This document shows, one piece after another, positions 57,528 through 64,000 of a stretch of DNA of 64,000 nt. The stretch lies in IMG/VR virus record IMGVR_UViG_3300027797_000014. One strand, given 5' to 3'. Below the pieces are notes generated by a model that made no database searches, was not told the origin of the DNA, and was given only the letters and a program-made list of their open reading frames with translations. Numbering within the stretch: position 1 is the first letter of the stretch; every line of letters starts with the position of its first letter. The position numbers were made by a program, and so were the translations under genes. The DNA comes from an uncultured virus (IMG/VR IMGVR_UViG_3300027797_000014). Lineage: Duplodnaviria; Heunggongvirae; Uroviricota; Caudoviricetes.

Positions 57528-58183
57528 ATTAATTTTTCTTCAATTAAAACTTCTCTAACTTTTTTTACAAGTTCTTCCATGGTGCCATCATTGATGATTT
57601 CATAGTCAAATACAGCTTTATCAAGAGCTGTTTCTGATGAATGTAATTTTGCAGTATTTTTACTTTTTTCAACAGGTCTTGTTACTCTAATGGTTATACC
57701 GTGTCTTTTTTCTACAGCATCTAGTTCATTAGGAAATCTTATGTCTGTAATAATCCAGTTGGGATATTCTTTTACATACTCTTCATCTTCTACTTTACGT
57801 CTAGATTCTTTGTAATCAACAAACAAAGCATTAACCCATACATTTTTATGTAAACCTTCACGCATTGCTTCTGTACCAAGTTTTTGAAGAAATTCTCTTA
57901 CACTCATCATAACATTAAACTGCATGTCAGCAAATGGTGGTATTGCATTAAGGGGTACATCTTGTACTGTTCCCCATTCAACATCTAAAAGATTTGTTTT
58001 AAATTCTTGGTCTTCAAATTTCTTTACAGGAATGCCTGTAAGCATTGAAGCAATTTGTTTCAGTTTGCCTCCAAACTTTTTAATTTCAAAAAATTGATTT
58101 TTGTTTGTTAAAAGCAATTTTTGAATTATTGTACCAACTGTATCTTTGCCGGCACCTATTTTTCCATTTATTCCTATTATCAT
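57524..58183 (-). CDS. Deoxynucleoside monophosphate kinase
   Basis: P-loop GKIGAGKDT, REFLQKLGTE, IITDIRFPNE, HSSE. Confidence 0.88.
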   Translation of the reverse strand: MIIGINGKIGAGKDTVGTIIQKLLLTNKNQFFEIKKFGGKLKQIASMLTGIPVKKFEDQEFKTNLLDVEWGTVQDVPLNAIPPFADMQFNVMMSVREFLQKLGTEAMREGLHKNVWVNALFVDYKESRRKVEDEEYVKEYPNWIITDIRFPNELDAVEKRHGITIRVTRPVEKSKNTAKLHSSETALDKAVFDYEIINDGTMEELVKKVREVLIEEKLI

Positions 58184-58473
58184 TGTGGTGGTTTTTTAAA
58201 TTTTGGACTACAACCTAATAATATACCTCTTGATGTAGCTTCTTTACGCCACTTGGGTATTTTTAGGTCTTTCAAATGTCTCATGACAATCTCTTCATAT
58301 ACGTCTGGATCAATTAAATAATCATTGTATGGAATAATCTTTTGACCCCGCTCATTTAATTCTGCAGATTCAAGTAAATAATTCCAACTCACAGATGGTT
58401 CTGACACAGCATACAGTTCTGTATATATGCTGGTCACAACATCTTCTATTTTTTTATCTATTGCTTTAGTCAT
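58180..58473 (-). CDS. Hypothetical protein
   Basis: ORF coupled to the kinase gene by an ATGA overlap. Confidence 0.65.
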   Translation of the reverse strand: MTKAIDKKIEDVVTSIYTELYAVSEPSVSWNYLLESAELNERGQKIIPYNDYLIDPDVYEEIVMRHLKDLKIPKWRKEATSRGILLGCSPKFKKPPQ

Positions 58474-58477
58474 AACT

Positions 58478-60469
58478 TTAAAATAATCTCAATTGATTTG
58501 ATGATACAGTTAAAATATTGTTTATTTCATTTTCAACAGCCTGAATATAATAACCTTTATCAATGTTGTATGAATCCCATTTAGGTTCCATTTTCATTTT
58601 ATTAAAGATTGTTTGTATCCATTTACCTGCTTCTAACTGTATTTCTCTTTTGTCAACTTGGTTAACTTTTATAATTTTAACTCCTCCTTTAGATACATAA
58701 TATCTATTAATTTTTTGAAGTTTATCTTCTACAAAATCACCTTCTTTAATAGATCTGGCCACACATTTCCAATCACCATTAGATTTACTTCCAATACAAT
58801 AATCAAGTATGTTTTTGTTTTGCTCTAAATATTCTTCAGGAAGAACATTGTGCACAAAATACTGATAAATTGCTTTTGGTATAACCAACTTAGATTTGTT
58901 TTTGTGTAGCTGTAAATTATGAAAATCAAATCTACCCTTCAACTTTACAGATGCATAACTAAACTTATCATTTTCCACTTTAAATAAATAATGCGGGTCT
59001 GATTGTTTGATTTCTCTCCATTTAGTAATGTTAACTTCTTTATAGTTATTAATACCAATGTAATTATTTACATCTCCTAGTACCAATTTTTGGTATTGAT
59101 CATGTTCCAAAGACAAATTAGTGGTTTCCTCCCATTCTTTGCAGATAAGCATATAGTCATCATAATGCTTTCTAGGTATCAATGTTTCAACACCATCTGT
59201 ATTATGTAATAATGCAACTGCACCGGGGATTCTTTCCATAATTTGCTCATAAAGCATCATCAAACTCAATTGACCATTAATTGTGATTCTCATACACAAC
59301 TCAGGATCATAAAAGAAGCTGTTTTCATCATTGCTAAGACCAAAAGTAGAGTTAAGTATAATCTTGTATACATAATTCATTGGATTGCTCTTAGGGATCT
59401 TCTTACGCTCTTCAAAGAACCATTCATATTGATCACAGAACGCATCACTAGGAAAGTGTCCTGGAGACCATCTATTTCTGATTGCAAGATTAGGGTAAAA
59501 ACTGGTAACATCTGAAGAAACTATAATCATATCTTCAGTGCTTTCATAAACACCTTTATTTCTTGCACCATGCACACCACCTAAACCAAAATCTGTTTTC
59601 ACATTTTTATAGTTAACGCTGTACTTGAAACTACCTTTAAGATTCTTCCCATTTATTTCTAATGCATTAAATCTTTGTAGTAAAGTACTAAATTCATTAG
59701 AGCTAAACTTGATGTAAGGTAATATGATGTCTTTGATTTTAATAATATCTCTGGGTGTTCTTAGATCCCTCAATTCTTTTTTAGGAATATTTAGTTTTTT
59801 AGATAAATAGTATCCAAAAATTTCTTTACTAATTCTTGGTTCTGATGCACTAAATAGATTGATATCATATGTTTTGGTTAACTCTTTTCTTAAACCTACC
59901 TGTGATTTAGATCTGTTATATATTTCTTTAGTTGACCTTACATCATTAATACAGTATTCTAGTATTGTATCAATCTCCTCTTTTGTAGTTATTGCTGACT
60001 CATGGTGAATAGGCATTTCAAGAATGTTATCCCAATCCATGCTATATTGGATCCATTTCAAACTAGAACGCTTTGCTGGGTTGTCCCAGTGATGCATTTT
60101 AAAGATATCTATTTGACCAATTGACATTTTCCATGGAGAATAATCAGCAAATTCCTTTTTGTGGCTTTTTTCTATAGCTCTTTGTGCACATCTATAAATA
60201 ATATTTGCAATTTCACAACCTGTAAAATCACGCCAATCATTATAATTGTCCAATATAAAATGTGTTATTTGAGCATCAAAAGCTAACCCATTGTAAGATA
60301 TATGCCACTCTTTGTTGGCTATATTTGTATTTAAAAAACTTACAAACTCATCCAGATCATTTTGCAGGTCATGAATAACAAAGACTTTTGTTTCCATAGT
60401 CTTATAATCTTCAAATACACCTGTAAAACAATTAGATAATGTTTCATAATCCATCACCCAATGCTTCAT
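58478..60469 (-). CDS. polB: Family B DNA polymerase (crAss-like) with 3'-5' exonuclease
   Basis: Exo motifs DYET, YNGLAFD, YCINDV; polymerase motifs SDVTSFYPN, KIILNSTFG, NTDG. Confidence 0.9.
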   Translation of the reverse strand: MKHWVMDYETLSNCFTGVFEDYKTMETKVFVIHDLQNDLDEFVSFLNTNIANKEWHISYNGLAFDAQITHFILDNYNDWRDFTGCEIANIIYRCAQRAIEKSHKKEFADYSPWKMSIGQIDIFKMHHWDNPAKRSSLKWIQYSMDWDNILEMPIHHESAITTKEEIDTILEYCINDVRSTKEIYNRSKSQVGLRKELTKTYDINLFSASEPRISKEIFGYYLSKKLNIPKKELRDLRTPRDIIKIKDIILPYIKFSSNEFSTLLQRFNALEINGKNLKGSFKYSVNYKNVKTDFGLGGVHGARNKGVYESTEDMIIVSSDVTSFYPNLAIRNRWSPGHFPSDAFCDQYEWFFEERKKIPKSNPMNYVYKIILNSTFGLSNDENSFFYDPELCMRITINGQLSLMMLYEQIMERIPGAVALLHNTDGVETLIPRKHYDDYMLICKEWEETTNLSLEHDQYQKLVLGDVNNYIGINNYKEVNITKWREIKQSDPHYLFKVENDKFSYASVKLKGRFDFHNLQLHKNKSKLVIPKAIYQYFVHNVLPEEYLEQNKNILDYCIGSKSNGDWKCVARSIKEGDFVEDKLQKINRYYVSKGGVKIIKVNQVDKREIQLEAGKWIQTIFNKMKMEPKWDSYNIDKGYYIQAVENEINNILTVSSNQLRLF

Positions 60470-60540
60470 ATTTTATTTATTAGAGCAAAAAAAAAGACAT
60501 ACGCTAATACATCTTCTTTTTTAATTAATGATTTATTAGA

Positions 60541-60957
60541 TTAAGCTGACAATATGATGCTAGATTTTTTTGTTTTTTTGGTATCAACAAAAAATGCTTT
60601 ATAATCAAATGTAGATGCATTAATAGCAAACAAATGAATGAACTGCTCAATATCTAAAGCATCAGCTAAATAAAACTCAGAAAAAGTATCCACTAATCTT
60701 CTTTCTTCTTTAACTGTTTTACCAGTCTGTGGATTTGGATTTTTTAGTCTAATAGGTTGACCATCCTCATCTAGTTTTGCAACCATGTGATAGGATTGTT
60801 TCATTACCTTGCTAATTACAGCTAAAATGCCTGACGCAGGGTCATACATAGCTTCAACATATGGTGAGTCATTACTCACAGGAATCATGGTAAAAGATTT
60901 GGCATTTCTGAAACTAGATGTTACCAGCATCATGTTCTGCCCAATTGTTTGTGACAT
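60541..60957 (-). CDS. Hypothetical protein
   Basis: 138 aa ORF with its own promoter candidate. Confidence 0.7.
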   Translation of the reverse strand: MSQTIGQNMMLVTSSFRNAKSFTMIPVSNDSPYVEAMYDPASGILAVISKVMKQSYHMVAKLDEDGQPIRLKNPNPQTGKTVKEERRLVDTFSEFYLADALDIEQFIHLFAINASTFDYKAFFVDTKKTKKSSIILSA

Positions 60958-60967
60958 ATTATTGGTT

Positions 60968-61549
60968 TTAATTTTTCAAAGATATAGAACTATTTTTGAT
61001 TTTCTCACAAAATAGTTCACTTTTTTTAAAGTAAAGAGTCTCTTTATCTAAATCTGGGATACTGCAAACTTCAAAAACCTCTTCAATTTGTTTTAAAGGA
61101 ACATCTAAGGCTTCTGCATAAAGTTTATGTGCTGAATTAGGAGATAAAAACAAATTAATGTATTCTGAAATATTACCTTTATTACCAAAAAAATCTAAGA
61201 TTATGATTTTTGTATCTAAAGTAAACTTAGAATACTGTCCATCAAGAAATCTTTTAAAATCTGATTTATATTGGGTAAAATCAAAGATGAATACGTGTCT
61301 ATTTTCATCAATCTGTACGTATTCATAAAACAATGGGTGCTTTTTGAGATATGAATTGCAGAACAATTCAAACTTTTCAGTTGTACCTACATTGTACTCA
61401 CACAAAAACTTATTTTCATTAACAGTAATCACGTGCTCCCAGCAGACATAAGTCTGCACGGGAACAAATGATAAACCTGATCTAAACCTTAATAAAGGAT
61501 AAAGAAATACTTTGCTTTTTTGAAAATAATCAGTGTATACACCCTTCAT
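60968..61549 (-). CDS. Hypothetical protein of the replication module
   Basis: 193 aa ORF; FLYPLL and F..GQYSKF segments. Confidence 0.7.
   Translation of the reverse strand: MKGVYTDYFQKSKVFLYPLLRFRSGLSFVPVQTYVCWEHVITVNENKFLCEYNVGTTEKFELFCNSYLKKHPLFYEYVQIDENRHVFIFDFTQYKSDFKRFLDGQYSKFTLDTKIIILDFFGNKGNISEYINLFLSPNSAHKLYAEALDVPLKQIEEVFEVCSIPDLDKETLYFKKSELFCEKIKNSSISLKN
60977..61011 (-). promoter_or_regulatory. Bacteroidota sigma-A promoter (-33 TTTG / -7 TATCTTTG)
   Basis: Perfect TAnnTTTG at 60984-60977 with TTTG at 61011-61008, ~20 nt upstream of the ATG at 60957. Confidence 0.55.
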
Positions 61550-61551
61550 AC

Positions 61552-62556
61552 TTATAATTTAATGTTTCCTAGAAGGAAATCATATGGTAAAGAATAATTT
61601 TTTTTTGTATAATGATAACTAGCTCTTTCAATCACATCTTCTAAAGCAACAGCCCAACCGTTTAATGTTTCATCTGTTACATCAAAAACATATACTTGAT
61701 TGTACTTATCTACAACAACAAATTTAAACAAAATATTGTATTCTTGTTCAGTTTCAGCCAAATTTGCAAAAACTAATTTGCAATATATAGCTGCTTGTAA
61801 CCAATAATTATAAAAATCAATGGTTTCTTTGAAGTCTGAAATAGTTTTACTTGTTGTCTTGAGGTCACAGATTGTGACCGTCTTTGTAGAGTGATTAATT
61901 TTATAATAATCCAAGTAACCATGAAGGCCAAAAGGCTTATCTAATAAATCAGATGTTAAGTACTTTTCTGCATGTGTTTCAATAGGGTCTAACTCAAAAT
62001 CAGTTTGAACATCTTCAAACAAAGCCATTACGTCTTTGTTACTTTTAATGTTTTCAGCCTGATCTTTACATTTTGCTAGCGTATCTCCATCAATTGCATC
62101 TTTACTGCTATTTTTTAGATATTCCCAGTAAGACTCATTATCTGCAGTTTGAATTTTTTCTAACCTTGCATCATCTAACTTAAGTGTTTGATATAAGTTC
62201 TGGTCAATCAATACCTGTAATATTTCTTGTTGAAATGTAGGGTCTTGACTTAATAAACTTGAGTCACGGTTAGTTGTAGTATTATACAATGCAGTTAATA
62301 CTTTGATATTACTATCTGCAGGAAGCTTACCAGGTAAGATGTTAAACTTATCATTAAGTTTATCCTCTTCAAATAGGAGACAATGAATCAATTTACCTTC
62401 AACTAAGTGTTTGTCAGTTCTGATCTCACGGTCTTCTAAAATATAATCCTTATAAAATAAGGAAGGTGAAAACAATAGTTTATTCAGTGATGAATAACTA
62501 AATTTAAAGTTTTCATTTGCATAAAACTTTTCTTCTTTTGTTAAATCTGTATACAT
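61552..62556 (-). CDS. PD-(D/E)XK exonuclease (DUF3799/RecE-like)
   Basis: SYSSL, GKLIHCLLFE, GYLD, DLKTT, YWLQAAIY. Confidence 0.8.
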   Translation of the reverse strand: MYTDLTKEEKFYANENFKFSYSSLNKLLFSPSLFYKDYILEDREIRTDKHLVEGKLIHCLLFEEDKLNDKFNILPGKLPADSNIKVLTALYNTTTNRDSSLLSQDPTFQQEILQVLIDQNLYQTLKLDDARLEKIQTADNESYWEYLKNSSKDAIDGDTLAKCKDQAENIKSNKDVMALFEDVQTDFELDPIETHAEKYLTSDLLDKPFGLHGYLDYYKINHSTKTVTICDLKTTSKTISDFKETIDFYNYWLQAAIYCKLVFANLAETEQEYNILFKFVVVDKYNQVYVFDVTDETLNGWAVALEDVIERASYHYTKKNYSLPYDFLLGNIKL

Positions 62557-63707
62557 TCTTTTTTTTCTATTATTGAGTTTTTATATTTGTCTACTAAGTA
62601 AATAGATTCTAGATCTATTGAGAATACATTATTTTTACAACCAAAAGTATTTCTAATTACTGAATCATACATTTTTTTGATTGTTTTTTTTACAATAAAA
62701 TCTGTCATTTTATTTTCAACTTCTAATAATGTAATATACTGATCATAAGCCCACTGACGGTTATTGTCTTTACTACCGGAAAACTTCTCAAGTCTTTTAC
62801 GTAATGTTTTTACATTGATGTTATTCCAGTTGTTAGTGTCTTTGAACCAATCATAATACCAAAAGAATAAATAGCTGACAATATCAAAAGACTCTTCAAC
62901 ATTGCAATTAGCTAGCATTTCTACGGCTAAAGTTCTGTTGTCTCTGTCTTCACTTGTAATCATTTTTAATACCTGATCAAATTGATCCTCACTTATTACA
63001 GCTAAATCTTCTGATATGATTTTATTGATTTCAACATCTCTTACAATTAATGCTGTTGCACTACGTAAATTATCATAAATAGCAACATTATCACCTTTAA
63101 TAATCATATCTTTATTACCTTGACGGTCATAAGTAGATAATTTACTAGTAATATCATCTCCTACGGGTGATTTATATGTATATTGTTTAACAATATTGAT
63201 TCTAATGTAAGAATCTTTTTCTATTACAGATAAAATATCCTTACATTTATCTAATCCAGACTCAGTTAACTGATCGTTTTGTTTTAAAGCAGTAAATACT
63301 TCAAACATTTGAGCATATGTAATTGAATTTCCCCAATCAAGTGTAAGTAAATTAGCAATTAATTTATCTGACACAATATGTATATCTGCACTATCAGCAT
63401 CTCTAATGATTTTTACATTAAATTTTGTTTTAAGCAGATCTACCTTTTGTCTTGGTAATTCTAAATTTGGATATCTATATATTTTTTTATCTTGTAGATC
63501 AATTGTTTTATTTAAACTGGTTATATTCAGTAGATCAAGTTCTTTATCATTGGGATACCAATTTTCTGATCTACCAAAATAATAACCATCTTCTTCTAAA
63601 TTAAAACATTGAACACCCAGTCTTTCTTTTCCGTTAGACCAGGTTGAATGCTCAGTTGAAACTGTTATTTGTAGTTTATAATGTTTTTTTTGATTTTTAT
63701 TTTGCAT
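62541..63707 (-). CDS. Hypothetical protein, 388 aa
   Basis: Long ORF overlapping both neighbours. Confidence 0.7.
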   Translation of the reverse strand: MQNKNQKKHYKLQITVSTEHSTWSNGKERLGVQCFNLEEDGYYFGRSENWYPNDKELDLLNITSLNKTIDLQDKKIYRYPNLELPRQKVDLLKTKFNVKIIRDADSADIHIVSDKLIANLLTLDWGNSITYAQMFEVFTALKQNDQLTESGLDKCKDILSVIEKDSYIRINIVKQYTYKSPVGDDITSKLSTYDRQGNKDMIIKGDNVAIYDNLRSATALIVRDVEINKIISEDLAVISEDQFDQVLKMITSEDRDNRTLAVEMLANCNVEESFDIVSYLFFWYYDWFKDTNNWNNINVKTLRKRLEKFSGSKDNNRQWAYDQYITLLEVENKMTDFIVKKTIKKMYDSVIRNTFGCKNNVFSIDLESIYLVDKYKNSIIEKKECIQI

Positions 63708-64000
63708 ATTTTAAATATTCTGGTTTTACTTGTACTTTAAATACATACAAGTCTCTGTTACTAATGTGAATTTCTTTTCTAACAATTGGTTCTAAATATT
63801 TAAAACTTGTTGAATTAAGCTTTTCATTTACTTCTAACCAAAGAATCATATCATGTGCACTCTTTCTAGAGAATCTATTAAATTCAGATTGTTCTAACCA
63901 ATACTGGACATCTTTATCTCTTCTAAAGTGATACATATAACGTTCTGCTTTTTGTGCAAACTCCCATAGTAAATGATAGTTTTGTAAGTAATCAATTGTT
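63697..64000 (-). CDS. Hypothetical protein, 5' truncated by the window edge
   Basis: The frame stays open to the window end (TIDYLQNYHLLWEFAQKAERYMYHF...). Confidence 0.65.
   Translation of the reverse strand, partial: TIDYLQNYHLLWEFAQKAERYMYHFRRDKDVQYWLEQSEFNRFSRKSAHDMILWLEVNEKLNSTSFKYLEPIVRKEIHISNRDLYVFKVQVKPEYLKYAK

Noticed and set aside
61552..62556. Cas4 of a CRISPR system
   Set aside because: No Fe-S cysteine cluster and no array; context fits a replication/recombination exonuclease
1..64000. Stop-codon reassignment (TAG or TGA), known in some crAss-like phages
   Set aside because: Genes up to 13.6 kb are uninterrupted in the standard code and coding density is near complete. TGA (46405, 54076) and TAG (46706) occur at plausible gene ends.
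1..64000. tRNA/rRNA genes, introns, inteins, DGR or retron reverse transcriptase
   Set aside because: No cloverleaf or T-loop signature seen in the short intergenic gaps, polB and nrdAB are compact and uninterrupted, and no RT motif was seen. Judged by eye only.

Overview
A 64 kb, AT-rich, gene-dense fragment of a large lytic tailed phage of the crAss-like group (Crassvirales-like). The host is very probably Bacteroidota, inferred from the absence of Shine-Dalgarno motifs, TAnnTTTG-type promoters and a Flavobacterium-type ribonucleotide reductase. The window reads well in the standard code. + strand 1-42.9 kb: FN3/Cys-rich proteins, a metallophosphoesterase, an IHF-like gene, ring/tail-tube proteins, a 2040 aa tail muzzle-type protein, internal cargo proteins, a 4532 aa virion RNA polymerase (DFDID) and a 1926 aa ejection protein. 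An inverted nrdB-nrdA cassette follows, then a + strand lysis/small virion protein/tail fibre block (46.0-53.7 kb) and a - strand replication block (family B DNA polymerase, dNMP kinase, MazG-like protein, PD-(D/E)XK exonuclease). The most notable observations are: (1) a recurrent (Q/K/R)-x-G-G peptide motif that separates the modules of a multi-enzyme cargo protein (Zn ribbon, two ART-like cassettes, zincin, lytic transglycosylase) and recurs in other cargo and tiny basic proteins, suggesting a polyprotein processing or packaging signal; (2) an unannotated -1 programmed frameshift signal (slippery heptamer, 5 nt spacer, hairpin) at ~55.99 kb; (3) a vWA insertion in the muzzle, a nuclease domain in the ejection protein, a class Id-type RNR, a beta-barrel-anchored spanin candidate, and hairpin arrays at both convergent junctions. 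All functional calls come from motif recognition only; no searches were run.
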